A DNA stretch of 64,000 nucleotides from contig JBQTIX010000044.1 of NCBI GenBank assembly GCA_052387695.1, positions 54,620 through 118,619 on the forward strand, written 5' to 3'. The notes below the pieces were generated by a model. It worked only from the letters and a program-made list of their open reading frames with translations. It did not search any database and was not told the origin of the DNA. The stretch comes from Panacagrimonas sp. (lineage in GTDB: Bacteria > Pseudomonadota > Gammaproteobacteria > Nevskiales > Nevskiaceae). The position numbers and the translations under genes were made by a program. Shown here one piece after another: positions 12,126 through 21,716 of this stretch (position 1 is the first letter of the stretch; each line of letters opens with the position of its first letter).

Positions 12126-12884
12126 TCAGAGCATCGTGGTGCCGCCGTTCACGCTGATGACCTGCCCGGTCACGAACGCGGCCTCGGTGGTGGAGAGATA
12201 GGCGACCATCGAGGCGACTTCCGCCATCGTGCCCGGTCGCCCCATGGGCACGATCTCGATCACCTTGCGCACCAGTTCAGGGTTGCGGGCCGCGACCTCA
12301 TCGAGTTGCGGTGTGCTCACGACGCAGGGCGCAACCGTGTTCACCGTGATGCCGTCTTTTGCGAATTCCCTCGCCAGGCCCGTGGTCATGCCATGCATGC
12401 CTCCCTTGGCCGCGTTGTAGGCCGCGTGATCGAACAGCCCGTTGCGCACCGAGTCGGCACCCAGGTTCACGATGCGCCCATAGCCCTGCGCTTTCATGAT
12501 CGGCAGCGCATACCAGCAGCACCAGATACAAGTCCACAGATTGCGGTCGATGGTCGTGCGCAGGGTGTCCGGCGTGTGATCCAGGAACGGCCGCAGAACG
12601 CCGCCACCGGCGTTGTTGGCGAGGATGTCGAGCCGGCCGTACGCCGTCATTGCGGCTTTGATCGTGCGCTCGGCGACGTCCTGCTGCGAAAGGTCGCCCG
12701 CTTCTGTCACAACCAGGGTCCCGCCTGCGCGTAGCCGTGTTGCAGCCTCGTCGAGCGAGCTTGCATCGAGATCGGCGATCACCAGTCTCGCGCCCTCGGC
12801 CGCATAGCGTTCCGCGATCGCGTACCCGATGCCGCGGCCGGCGCCGGTGACCACGGCGACCCGGTCCTTCAGTCGCAGGCTCAT
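12126..12884 (-). CDS. Short-chain dehydrogenase/reductase (cis-dihydrodiol dehydrogenase-like)
   Basis: N-terminal VAVVTGAGRGIGYAIA Rossmann motif, 252 aa SDR; position between extradiol dioxygenase and ferredoxin matches BphB/HcaB/BenD-type role. Confidence 0.85.
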   Translation of the reverse strand: MSLRLKDRVAVVTGAGRGIGYAIAERYAAEGARLVIADLDASSLDEAATRLRAGGTLVVTEAGDLSQQDVAERTIKAAMTAYGRLDILANNAGGGVLRPFLDHTPDTLRTTIDRNLWTCIWCCWYALPIMKAQGYGRIVNLGADSVRNGLFDHAAYNAAKGGMHGMTTGLAREFAKDGITVNTVAPCVVSTPQLDEVAARNPELVRKVIEIVPMGRPGTMAEVASMVAYLSTTEAAFVTGQVISVNGGTTML

Positions 12885-13795
12885 GGAATCGCCTGCTCGA
12901 TCTCGCCGATCTTGCCGAAGGCCGGCGTCGGTGTGCTGCCCCAGGTGTCCAGCGTGCCCGGCACCGGCTCCAGCAGGCGCGCCTCGCGGGCCCCGGTTTC
13001 CGGGAAGGTCTCCATGCCGAAGCTGTACTCGACGGTCATGCGGTCCGGATCCAGGAAGTACAGGAAGATGCTTTCCGAGGGCTGGTGGCGTCCGGGGCCG
13101 AACACGATCTCGACCTCGTTCTTCTTCATGCGGTTCATGCCGCTGCCCACGTCGTCGATATCCTTGACCATGAAGTTGACGTGGTTCAGGTGATCGTCCG
13201 TCCCGGTCAGCACGGCGAACGAGTGATGCAGCGGGTTCGGGAAGGCGCGCAGGAAGGCGGCGAATCCGGGCACGAAATCAGACAGCTTGAAGCCCAGCTT
13301 GGCGGTGAACCAGTGCATTGCCAGATCGAAGTTGCCCACGTTGATGACGATGTGACCCAGGCGCTCGATCTTCGTCACCGTCGGGACGTAGGGCTGCGCC
13401 AAATGCATCATCTGCACGAAGTACTCCAGGCACAGCCCGCTTCCCGGCAGGCGGAAGCGGAATCCGGCCACGGTGCGCAAGGCCTTGAGTTCCTCGGCCG
13501 TGACGTCCTCAATGGCGAGCCCCAGTCCCTGCACGTATTCCCTTGCCCGTTCGAGATCGCGGCGACTCTCCAGCTCGAAGCCCACGCGCTTGAGACCCGG
13601 CCTGGCCGCCGGATACAGCAGGACGTTGTGATGATCCTGCGAGCAGCGCAGGGCAACCACCTGGTCGCTCGCCTCGGTCACTGCCAGACCCACCAGGTCG
13701 CGGTAGAACGCGGTGCTGCGATCGAGTTGGGTGACGTTGAGCGCGACGTACGCGAGCCGGCGGTAGCGGAACGGGATGTCCATGGCGGCCTTCAC
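12881..13795 (-). CDS. Extradiol (meta-cleavage) ring dioxygenase, type I VOC superfamily
   Basis: 304 aa, two-domain VOC-like pattern (LAYVALNVTQLDRSTAFYRDLVGL… / LGHIVINVGNFDLAMHWF…); position in operon. ATGA overlap with upstream and downstream genes. Confidence 0.8.
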   Translation of the reverse strand: MKAAMDIPFRYRRLAYVALNVTQLDRSTAFYRDLVGLAVTEASDQVVALRCSQDHHNVLLYPAARPGLKRVGFELESRRDLERAREYVQGLGLAIEDVTAEELKALRTVAGFRFRLPGSGLCLEYFVQMMHLAQPYVPTVTKIERLGHIVINVGNFDLAMHWFTAKLGFKLSDFVPGFAAFLRAFPNPLHHSFAVLTGTDDHLNHVNFMVKDIDDVGSGMNRMKKNEVEIVFGPGRHQPSESIFLYFLDPDRMTVEYSFGMETFPETGAREARLLEPVPGTLDTWGSTPTPAFGKIGEIEQAIP

Positions 13796-14283
13796 AGGAT
13801 GATGCTGATGCGACCGTTGGGCTTGAGACCGTCCATGTCGAGGATGCAGCGCTTCTCGCGGATGCGCAGGCCCTCGGCGGTCACCGCCAGGCGGTACCGG
13901 TAGCTGCCGATGTAGGTCTCGGTGATGCCCATCTTGGTCCGGTGGGTCAGCACCGCCGCGCCGACATCCAGTTCGTCGTCCTTGCGTCCGCGGATGCGCA
14001 CGTTGCTGACCAGATGTCGCGTCTTCGAGCGGGGGAATTCGGCATGCGCCGTGCGCTTGAGCAGCCGCTCCACGCGCTGCTCCAGTCGGAAGCGGTCATC
14101 CGCAATGTAGAACAGCGAGTTGTCCGGCGAAGCGTTCGGCGCCGAGTCGGTGGTGGGCACGTAGTAACAGGCGTCGGCCGTGAACAGGGTCAGCCATTCC
14201 TTGAGCCGCCACTCGTCCAGCAGCTCGGCTTCGAGGAACATGAAGTCCTCGACCTGGTCGCGGGTGACTGTCTCGATATTCAT
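13792..14283 (-). CDS. Aromatic ring-hydroxylating dioxygenase beta (small) subunit
   Basis: [43 protein letters not shown]… (SnoaL/NTF2-like beta subunit signature), ~164 aa. ATGA start/stop overlap with the alpha-subunit gene at 14281-14285. Confidence 0.85.
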   Translation of the reverse strand: MNIETVTRDQVEDFMFLEAELLDEWRLKEWLTLFTADACYYVPTTDSAPNASPDNSLFYIADDRFRLEQRVERLLKRTAHAEFPRSKTRHLVSNVRIRGRKDDELDVGAAVLTHRTKMGITETYIGSYRYRLAVTAEGLRIREKRCILDMDGLKPNGRISIIL

Positions 14284-15575
14284 CAGGTGCCTCCCTTGGC
14301 CATCGCCGTGGCCTGTGTCCGCCGCTGCCACTCGGTCCAGAACGCGCGCATCTGCAACTCGTCGTCGTAGTCGGCCCGGGCCTTCTTCATGCCTTTGGAG
14401 ATGTCGGTCCAGGGGGCTTCGCGCAGGTTCTCGAAGCCGCGCTGACACTGCTCCAGAGCCTCCACGTCATCCGGCGTGGCGAAGCCGCCGGGACCGAGGA
14501 ATTCGAGAAAGTTGGACAGCCGGTACTTGCGCGCCCAGGCGCTCTCTTCGGCCGGTGCCAGCGCCCAGCCGGACACCTGCATCGCATCGGGGGCGGTGGG
14601 GAAGTAGGTCCGCACCGTGATCGCCATGATGTCGTTGATCACGAGGTTCGGAAAAATGAACATGTTGCGGTTGGAGTAGGCGATGCGGTCCGCGCGTTCC
14701 TTGCCGAAGCGCTCGACGAGGCGCGCATGCACCTTGGTCAGTTCGACCTTGCCCTCCTCGCCCCACAACGGAATCCACTGTGCCACCGGCCGCCCCCAGG
14801 GCGCGCGGTACTCGATCACCGCATGGCCGTTGCCGAGGTCGTAGCCGGTCCCCTCGAACGGCACCGGCGACATGCTGCCCTGGGAGTTCTTCAGGTAATC
14901 GACATAGGTCGCGTGGGTGTTGATGGCGTGGTAGCCGTCGATGCTGTTCTCGGTGAGCAGCTTCCAGTTGGCGCGGATCTGGTACTCCTGGGTGCCGCCG
15001 ACCAGGGTCATGCCGGCCTCGGACTGGTCGGCGACGATATCGATCCACTCCTTGGCCCCGGCGAGGTAGTCGTGCAGGGACTGCACGCCGCGATCGAAGC
15101 AGACGAACCAGAAACCGCGGTAGGAGTCGATGCGCGGCACCGGGACGAGATTGGCCGAGCCGTCGGCGTTGAAGTCCTCGGGATAGCACTCGCTGCCGGG
15201 CTGGCTCTTGAGCGCGCCGTCCGAACCGAACACCCAGCCGTGGTAGAAGCACTGGAAGGCCTTGGCGTTGCCCTTGCGCTCGCGGCACACCTGCGCACCG
15301 CGATGCGGGCAGGCGTTGAAGAAGGCGTTGATCGTGTTCTTCGTATCGCGCGTGAACAGCAGAGTGCGCCTGGCGACGGTGCGCGTGACGAAATCACCGG
15401 GCTTGAGCAGTTCCGACTCGTGGCCGACATAGAGCCAGCACGTGTCGAAGATGGTCTTGTACTCGTCGCGCATGATCTGACCGTCGGTGAAACTGCGGCG
15501 CGCGACCTTGAATCGCTGACGCTCCAGGTCGTTGACGACGACCGGGGTCTCGGGGCTCATTTTCAGGATTGTCAT
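14283..15575 (-). CDS. Aromatic ring-hydroxylating dioxygenase alpha (large) subunit, Rieske non-haem iron oxygenase (benzoate/toluate-type family)
   Basis: Rieske motif [26 protein letters not shown]; catalytic-domain motifs ([41 protein letters not shown]); 430 aa. Confidence 0.9.
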   Translation of the reverse strand: MTILKMSPETPVVVNDLERQRFKVARRSFTDGQIMRDEYKTIFDTCWLYVGHESELLKPGDFVTRTVARRTLLFTRDTKNTINAFFNACPHRGAQVCRERKGNAKAFQCFYHGWVFGSDGALKSQPGSECYPEDFNADGSANLVPVPRIDSYRGFWFVCFDRGVQSLHDYLAGAKEWIDIVADQSEAGMTLVGGTQEYQIRANWKLLTENSIDGYHAINTHATYVDYLKNSQGSMSPVPFEGTGYDLGNGHAVIEYRAPWGRPVAQWIPLWGEEGKVELTKVHARLVERFGKERADRIAYSNRNMFIFPNLVINDIMAITVRTYFPTAPDAMQVSGWALAPAEESAWARKYRLSNFLEFLGPGGFATPDDVEALEQCQRGFENLREAPWTDISKGMKKARADYDDELQMRAFWTEWQRRTQATAMAKGGT

Positions 15576-15648
15576 CGGGTGTTCTCGGTCAGCTCAGGTG
15601 ATGACCACGCCAGCGTGGCTCGGAATATCGAAGAAGGCGCCGCCTCGC

Positions 15649-17355
15649 TCACGAGGGCCGGGCGGCGTCGAGCAGCTCGGGAAAGTCGGTTTCGAAAAAC
15701 TCCTGCGCCCCACGCTGGCCGGATTTGCGACGCTCGGCCTCGCTGGCCCGCAGCTCGGTACGGCGGATCTTCCCGGACACGGTCTTGGGTAGTTCGCAGA
15801 ATTCGATCACGCGTATCTTCTGGTAGGGCGCCAGACGCGTGCGCGTGAACGCCAGAATGGCGCGCGCCGTCTCCGCATTGGCGGCGACACCGGGCTTGAG
15901 GATGATGCAGGCCTTGGGCACGCAGAGGCGCTTGGGGTCGGGGCTCTCGACGACCGCGGCCTCGGCCACGGCGGGGTGCTCGATGAGGGCACTCTCCAGC
16001 TCGAACGGCGAGATGCGGTAGTCCGAACTCTTGAACACGTCGTCGGTGCGGCCGACGAACCAGAAAAAGCCGTCGGCGTCGCGTGAGGCGACGTCCCCGG
16101 TTCCGTAGTGGCTGCCGCCGAGCGCCTTGTTCGTCTTTTCCTCGTCACCCGCGTAGCCGGCCATGACGCCGGCCGGACGTGGATCGAGCGACACGGACAC
16201 TTCGCCCTCCGCGACGGGCTGGCCGTCGATGTCGAGCAGTTCGAGCCGGTAGCCGGGCAGCGGCCGTCCCATCGAGCCGTAGCGCAGGGGCTGGCCGGGC
16301 GGGTTGCCGAGCATGGCGGTGGACTCGGTCTGGCCGTAGCCCTCGCGGATGAGCTGTCCCCAGGCGGCTTTCACGCGTTCGATCACCTCGGGGTTGAGCG
16401 GCTCGCCGGCGCTGACCAGTTCGCGCAGCCTCACCGGGTACTTCGTCAGATCCTCCAGGATCAGCGTGCGCCAGGCGGTCGGCGGCGCGCACAGCGTGGT
16501 CACTCCGCAGCGCACCAGCGTGCTCAGGGTCTTCGCCGCATCAAAGCGGCCCTGGTTGTAGATGAAGATCGTCGCACCCACCGTCCAGGGCGCGAAGAAG
16601 CAGCTCCAGGCGTGCTTGGCCCAGCCGGGCGAGCTGATGTTGAGATGCACGTCGTCCGGTTGCAGGCCCAGCCAGTACAGGGTGCTCAGGTGACCGACCG
16701 GGTAGCTGCGCTGGGTGTGCAGCACCATCTTCGGTTTCGAGGTGGTCCCCGAGGTGAAGTACAGCACGCAGGGATCGCCGGACCGGGTCGGGCCATCAGG
16801 CGTGAACGACGGGGCGATCGCAGCACTCTGCGCGTAGTCGGTCCAGCCCTGAGCGCCTCCGCCCACCGACACGCGCACGCAGCCGTCGGCGATACCGGCG
16901 AACTTCGCGAGGTTGGAAGCATCCACGATCACCCCGCGCATCTGTCCACGCTCGATGCGGTCGCGCAGATCGGCCTCCGACAGCAGCATCGTCGCCGGGC
17001 TCAGCACCGCGCCGATCTTCATCGCCGCCAGCATGAGTTCCCACAACTCGACACGGTTGGGCAGCATCACCAGCAGACGGTCGCCGCGACCGATGCCCAG
17101 GCCGCGCAGGAAGTTCGCGGCGCGGTCGCTCGCGATGCGCAGCTCGTCGAAGCTGGCCCGCGTCTCGCCTCCGGCTTCGTCGACGATCCACAGCGCGGTC
17201 CGCCCGTTGCCGCGAGCCAGGTCGTCGAAGTGGTCCAGCGCCCAGTTGAACTCCGGCATTTCCGGCCAGCGGAATTCCGCCATGGCGGCGGCGTAGTCCT
17301 GGCGATGGCGCATCAGCAGATCACGTGCGGTGCGAAATGCGGTGTTGGGATTCAT
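15649..17355 (-). CDS. AMP-forming acyl-CoA synthetase/ligase (aromatic or medium-chain acid-CoA ligase)
   Basis: 568 aa; AMP-binding motif YFTSGTTSKPKMV; GYGQTE; C-terminal …SGKIRR. Class I adenylate-forming enzyme. Confidence 0.85.
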   Translation of the reverse strand: MNPNTAFRTARDLLMRHRQDYAAAMAEFRWPEMPEFNWALDHFDDLARGNGRTALWIVDEAGGETRASFDELRIASDRAANFLRGLGIGRGDRLLVMLPNRVELWELMLAAMKIGAVLSPATMLLSEADLRDRIERGQMRGVIVDASNLAKFAGIADGCVRVSVGGGAQGWTDYAQSAAIAPSFTPDGPTRSGDPCVLYFTSGTTSKPKMVLHTQRSYPVGHLSTLYWLGLQPDDVHLNISSPGWAKHAWSCFFAPWTVGATIFIYNQGRFDAAKTLSTLVRCGVTTLCAPPTAWRTLILEDLTKYPVRLRELVSAGEPLNPEVIERVKAAWGQLIREGYGQTESTAMLGNPPGQPLRYGSMGRPLPGYRLELLDIDGQPVAEGEVSVSLDPRPAGVMAGYAGDEEKTNKALGGSHYGTGDVASRDADGFFWFVGRTDDVFKSSDYRISPFELESALIEHPAVAEAAVVESPDPKRLCVPKACIILKPGVAANAETARAILAFTRTRLAPYQKIRVIEFCELPKTVSGKIRRTELRASEAERRKSGQRGAQEFFETDFPELLDAARPS

Positions 17356-17391
17356 CGCTTTCCTCCTTCCATTGTTTTCAGATCGTCGGGC

Positions 17392-18423
17392 TCAGGCCGC
17401 GACGCCGCGCGCCCGGAGCAGATCGAGCGCCACGTCCTCGATCATGTCTTCCTGGCCGCCTACTGTCTTGCGCCGGCCCATCTCGATCAGGATATCGCGA
17501 GCAGTCACGCCAAACTTCTTCTCGGCGCGTTTGGCGAAGAGCAGAAATGAGGAGTAGGTGCCCGCATAGCCCAGGGTCAGCGAGTTACGATCGATGCGGA
17601 CCGGAAAGTCCATGATCGGCGTCACCTGGTCTTCCGCCACGTCCATGATCCTGAACAGATCGACCCCGGTGACGATGCCCATGCGCTCGGCCACGGCGAT
17701 GAACACTTCCATCGGCGTGTTGCCAGCGCCGGCACCCATGCCGCCGCAGGCGCAGTCGATGCGACTCGCGCCCGCCGCAACGGCGGCCACGGAGTTGGCC
17801 ACGCCCATCGCGAGATTGTGATGGCCGTGGAAGCCGATCTCCGTCTCGGGCTTGAGCGCCTCGCGCAGCGCGGCGACGCGGACGCTGACGTCGTCCGGCA
17901 GCATGTAGCCGGCGGAGTCGGTGGTGTAGATGCAGTTGGCGCCGTAGCTTTCCATCAGCCTGGCCTGCTCGACGATCTTGGCCGCGTCCGCCATGTGCGA
18001 CATCATCAGGAAGCCGACGGTGTCCAGGCCCAGCTTGCGGCCCAGCGCGATGTGCTGCTCGGAGACGTCGGCTTCCGTGCAATGCGTGGCCACGCGGATG
18101 CAGGCGATGCCGCAGTCCGCCGCCATGCGCAGTTCGTCGACCGTGCCGATGCCCGGCAACAGCAGGGCCGAAACCTTGGCCTGCTTCATCAGCGGTACGA
18201 CGGCACGGAGATAGTCCTCGTCGCTGGCCGCCGCAAAACCGTAGTTGACCGAGTCGCCTCCCAGGCCGTCGCCGTGCGTGACCTCGATCAGGGGCACGCC
18301 GGCTTCGTCGAGCCCGGTCGCGATGGTCTTCATCTGCTCGATGCTGATCTGGTGCCGCTTGGGGTGCATGCCGTCGCGCAGCGACATGTCGTGCACCGTA
18401 ATCCGTCGTCCCTTGAGATTCAT
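17392..18423 (-). CDS. 4-hydroxy-2-oxovalerate aldolase (BphI/DmpG/MhpE)
   Basis: [56 protein letters not shown]… highly characteristic of HOA aldolase; 343 aa. Confidence 0.9.
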   Translation of the reverse strand: MNLKGRRITVHDMSLRDGMHPKRHQISIEQMKTIATGLDEAGVPLIEVTHGDGLGGDSVNYGFAAASDEDYLRAVVPLMKQAKVSALLLPGIGTVDELRMAADCGIACIRVATHCTEADVSEQHIALGRKLGLDTVGFLMMSHMADAAKIVEQARLMESYGANCIYTTDSAGYMLPDDVSVRVAALREALKPETEIGFHGHHNLAMGVANSVAAVAAGASRIDCACGGMGAGAGNTPMEVFIAVAERMGIVTGVDLFRIMDVAEDQVTPIMDFPVRIDRNSLTLGYAGTYSSFLLFAKRAEKKFGVTARDILIEMGRRKTVGGQEDMIEDVALDLLRARGVAA

Positions 18424-18442
18424 GTGTGGTTTCCTTGCGCGC

Positions 18443-19345
18443 TCAAGCGGCGACCTTCCAGCGACCCGCGAGCATCTCGCGTGCGAACACTTCGCCGGTG
18501 CGCGAAGCGGCAGCGGTCATGATGTCCAGGTTGCCGGCGTACTTCGGCAGGTAGTCTCCGAGACCCTCGACTTCCAGGAAGATCGATACGCGCTTACCGT
18601 CGAAGACGGGGCCGTTCTTGAGCCGGTAGCCCGGCACGTACTTCTGCACCTCGGCGAGCATGCGATGCACGGAGTCAGTGATCGCCTTCTGATCCGGCTC
18701 GGTCGCGGTCAGGCAATGCACCGTGTCGCGCATCATCAACGGAGGCTCGGCCGGGTTGATGATGATGATGGCCTTGCCACGCGTAGCACCGCCGACCTTC
18801 TCGACGCCGCGCGCCGTCGTGCGCGTGAACTCGTCGATATTCTTGCGCGTGCCCGGGCCGACGGATTTCGACGACACCGTGGCGATGATCTCGCCGTACT
18901 CCACCGGCTGTACGCGCGAGACGGCGGCGACCATCGGGATGGTCGCCTGTCCGCCACAAGTGACCATGTTCACGTTCGTGGAGCCCAGGCGGATCTGCTC
19001 CGCGAGGTTCACCGGCGGAATGCAGAAGGGGCCGATCGCGGCCGGGGTGAGGTCGATCATCAGCACCCCCCGCTCGGTGAGCTTGCGCGAGTTGTCCGCA
19101 TGCACGTAGGCCGAGGTCGAATCGAAGGCGATGCGGATGTCGTCCGCCGTCACATGCGGCAGCAGGCCATCGACGCCCTGGTCGGTGGTCTTCAGGCCCA
19201 TCGCCCTGGCCCGGGCCAGGCCCTCGGACGTCGGGTCGATGCCGACCATCCAGACCGGCTCCAGCACCTCACTGCGCTTGAGCTTGTAGAGCAGGTCGGT
19301 CCCGATATTGCCGGGTCCGATCAACGCGCATCTGATCTTGTTCAT
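18443..19345 (-). CDS. Acetaldehyde dehydrogenase (acetylating) (BphJ/DmpF/MhpF)
   Basis: [51 protein letters not shown]…; 300 aa; adjacent to HOA aldolase as in all meta-pathway operons. Confidence 0.9.
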   Translation of the reverse strand: MNKIRCALIGPGNIGTDLLYKLKRSEVLEPVWMVGIDPTSEGLARARAMGLKTTDQGVDGLLPHVTADDIRIAFDSTSAYVHADNSRKLTERGVLMIDLTPAAIGPFCIPPVNLAEQIRLGSTNVNMVTCGGQATIPMVAAVSRVQPVEYGEIIATVSSKSVGPGTRKNIDEFTRTTARGVEKVGGATRGKAIIIINPAEPPLMMRDTVHCLTATEPDQKAITDSVHRMLAEVQKYVPGYRLKNGPVFDGKRVSIFLEVEGLGDYLPKYAGNLDIMTAAASRTGEVFAREMLAGRWKVAA

Positions 19346-19581
19346 CTCGATCGTTGGATCCTGTTCCGATGGTCCTTGCTGAAATCTGCTGCACGGCTTT
19401 CCGCCTCGGGCCCGGTCAGCGGTCTGTCTGATATAGACGCGAGCAACAGCGGCAGCTCATCGTCAGAAATGCCCAGGGCGTCCCGCCAGAATTCGGCCTG
19501 ATGGCGAATATCCGGGTCGATGCGGCGGCAGACGCGAATCACTGACAAGACCCACCTCCTCGTGCCTTCTGAGCGGCTCAT
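19342..19581 (-). CDS. Small hypothetical protein (79 aa) translationally coupled (ATGA overlap) to the acetaldehyde dehydrogenase gene
   Basis: ORF in first position of the operon where the 2-oxopent-4-enoate hydratase normally sits. No recognisable motif. Coupling and position only. Confidence 0.3.
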   Translation of the reverse strand: MSRSEGTRRWVLSVIRVCRRIDPDIRHQAEFWRDALGISDDELPLLLASISDRPLTGPEAESRAADFSKDHRNRIQRSR

Positions 19582-19934
19582 TCGGCCCGTCGTTTAGCGT
19601 GCAAAACAAAACTGATACGGCACCATACGGCACCCTTTCAGATTAATCAACATACAGGCTAGCCCGCTTGTAAGATAAAATGGTCTCCTGCATCGAACGG
19701 GAGCTCAAGGCGGCGCCCCGGCAAGGCCACCGGGTCCGTAGCAGAGCCGGATCAGAGCGAGTCCGATCAAAGTGTTCCACCCCCGGCCACCGACCACGGG
19801 CTCCGCCGGAGCCCCTGCATCGGCCTGCGAGCCGCACCGGGAATTCATCGAGACACAGGTGACCCTGGAACGCAACGCGCGGTCCACCTACCAGGACCTC
19901 GTCGATCACCTCGGCTTTATTGGGCTGCGTCGCA

Positions 19935-20636
19935 TCAGGACGTATCGGAGAACACCGCGCTCGCGGCGATATAGCCGAGTGCCTTGGCGAGGCGGTTCAG
20001 TTCGGCGCCATCACGCTTGCCAACGTTCCGGATGCAGTAAGTGACGATCATCTCGCTCAGTGCATCCGCAACGTCGTTGTCGGCTGCCGGTCGGCTCAGG
20101 CCCTTGCGCTTGACCGTCGCCAGCGAGCGGCGGGTCTGCACACCGGTCCGATCGATCATTGCCTGGTACAGGCTGGCTACGCTGGGGTCGTGGGGTGCGG
20201 TGTCGCTCACCGCAGCGAGAATGGCCTGGTGTTTCCTGAAGGTCTGGACCACGCCGACCAGTGCTTGCTGGAGGTCCTTTCTCTGAGCGTCATCCGCATT
20301 GCCGAGCCAGGCGCCGGTGCTCGCGATCAACTCTTCGGTGACTTGGCCCATCAGGCGCGCCACGAGCTCGCCCTTGTCGCGGAAGTGCAGGTAGAACGTG
20401 GCACGCGAGATTCCCGCCTCCTGAGTGAGCTGCTCAACCGACAGGGCAGCGAAGCGCTGGCCTTTTTCCAGGAGTCGCTCCATCGCCGCAAGCAGGCGAT
20501 CCTCGATGGACTCCCTGGGCTGATGTCCAGGTTTGGCGCGCGTCGCTCGGGTCGGTCTGGATTCGATGCGGGGCATGAGAGGGGGCGGAGGGAGTTGTGG
20601 ACCTCGATGGTCATAGTGTCGATTATAAATTGACAC
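19935..20636 (-). CDS. TetR-family transcriptional regulator, divergent from the 20699-24401 gene cluster
   Basis: HTH LSVEQLTQEAGISRATFYLHFRDKGEL; GTG start at 20636, alternative ATG at 20576. Confidence 0.85.
   Translation of the reverse strand: MSIYNRHYDHRGPQLPPPPLMPRIESRPTRATRAKPGHQPRESIEDRLLAAMERLLEKGQRFAALSVEQLTQEAGISRATFYLHFRDKGELVARLMGQVTEELIASTGAWLGNADDAQRKDLQQALVGVVQTFRKHQAILAAVSDTAPHDPSVASLYQAMIDRTGVQTRRSLATVKRKGLSRPAADNDVADALSEMIVTYCIRNVGKRDGAELNRLAKALGYIAASAVFSDTS
20616..20636. promoter_or_regulatory. Operator-like palindrome GTGTCGAT-tataa-ATTGACAC in the TetR/divergent-operon intergenic region
   Basis: 8-bp arms (1 mismatch) with a 5-bp AT-rich spacer, centred between the divergent genes. 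Classic TetR operator geometry. Confidence 0.4.
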
Positions 20637-20698
20637 GATGTCTATAACATGGGAATCTCCCTCGATACTTCACCGCCTGCAACGAGAGGAGCGCGCCG

Positions 20699-21667
20699 AT
20701 GATCAAGCCACAGGATGCCGAGTTTCACTTCAAGGCCGACTCGCACTGGCAGTGGGTGGAAACGATCGCGCTCCCCTTCCACGTGCCGGGCACGACCTTG
20801 AACGGCATCGTCTACGTCCTGACGCGCCCGATGCTCGGCGTGTGCATGTGCGATGTCTCGCTGCACGATCGCATCACGGATCTCTGGGAGGAGCAGCTCT
20901 ACATCGATAACCAGCAGCATCTGCCCTGCCCGAAGTCCCTGCTGTCGTTCTCGCTGCCAAACGGGCTCACGGTCGAGGCGACAGAGCCGACGCGCCGCTA
21001 CAAGGTGAAGTACGAGGGCATCGACGACACGCGCTTCGAGCTCGACTTCGTCGCGCTGCATGATCCCTACGATCTCAACGATCCGGAAATGGATCCGATG
21101 GCCGCCAAGCGGGCGAACCCGGCCTGGGATACCTCGTGGTCTGGACACTACGACGTCACGTATCGCGTGACCGGCGAACTGGTGGCGCGTGGCAGGCGCT
21201 ACGTCGTCGACTGCGTGGACACCGGTGATCGCAGCTGGGGCCCGCGGCCCGAGCGTGACAATTCCTCGGTGATCTGGTGGCACGCGAGCTTCGACGAAGC
21301 GCTGACCGTGCACCTGTTCACGGGTCACGACATCGCCAGGACCAATGCCATGGGGCCGCACGTCAGCGGCTACGTGCTCGACCAGGGCAAGCTCTACGGC
21401 ATCGCGTCCTCACGCGGCACGCAGGAATATCGCAAGGCCGTGCCGATGGGCGGCGAACTGGAAGTCACCGACGTACGCGGCAAGACGTTCGCGATGAGCT
21501 ACTCCGCACTCAACTCCTGCTATTGGGCGCCGTATCCCTCGAACACCTATCTGCAATCCTTTCTGCGAGTGAACCATGCGGGACGACTAGGCTATGGTGT
21601 GCAACAGGTCGGCCTCAGCCGCGCCTACCTGACCCGCAACCGCGACGCGATCCGCGCACGCTGCTGA
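20699..21667 (+). CDS. Hypothetical protein (322 aa), paralogue of 23484-24401
   Basis: Good RBS (GAGGAG). Shares local motifs with 23484-24401 (…D.G(D/A).RSWGPRPERD vs …IAAGPRNWDALRHY…, W-rich beta-type composition). No family recognised from sequence. Confidence 0.7.
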   Translation: MIKPQDAEFHFKADSHWQWVETIALPFHVPGTTLNGIVYVLTRPMLGVCMCDVSLHDRITDLWEEQLYIDNQQHLPCPKSLLSFSLPNGLTVEATEPTRRYKVKYEGIDDTRFELDFVALHDPYDLNDPEMDPMAAKRANPAWDTSWSGHYDVTYRVTGELVARGRRYVVDCVDTGDRSWGPRPERDNSSVIWWHASFDEALTVHLFTGHDIARTNAMGPHVSGYVLDQGKLYGIASSRGTQEYRKAVPMGGELEVTDVRGKTFAMSYSALNSCYWAPYPSNTYLQSFLRVNHAGRLGYGVQQVGLSRAYLTRNRDAIRARC

Positions 21668-21716
21668 GCACGCGGCCGCCGCGCCGGGGATAACAACGAC
21701 AACAAGAGGAGACCGC

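Noticed and set aside
14467-17550. ORFs overlapping the dioxygenase alpha and acyl-CoA ligase genes in other frames (14467-15288 -, 14727-15848 +, 16108-17550 +)
   Set aside because: Alternative-frame shadows of well-supported genes.
19582-19935. Possible decayed 2-oxopent-4-enoate hydratase gene upstream of the meta-pathway operon
   Set aside because: No reading frame or recognisable hydratase peptide survives. The segment is only 590 bp including the 79-aa ORF. An AT-rich stretch with a duplicated ATACGGCACC motif looks more like a promoter/operator region. The absence of a hydratase is kept as a finding instead.
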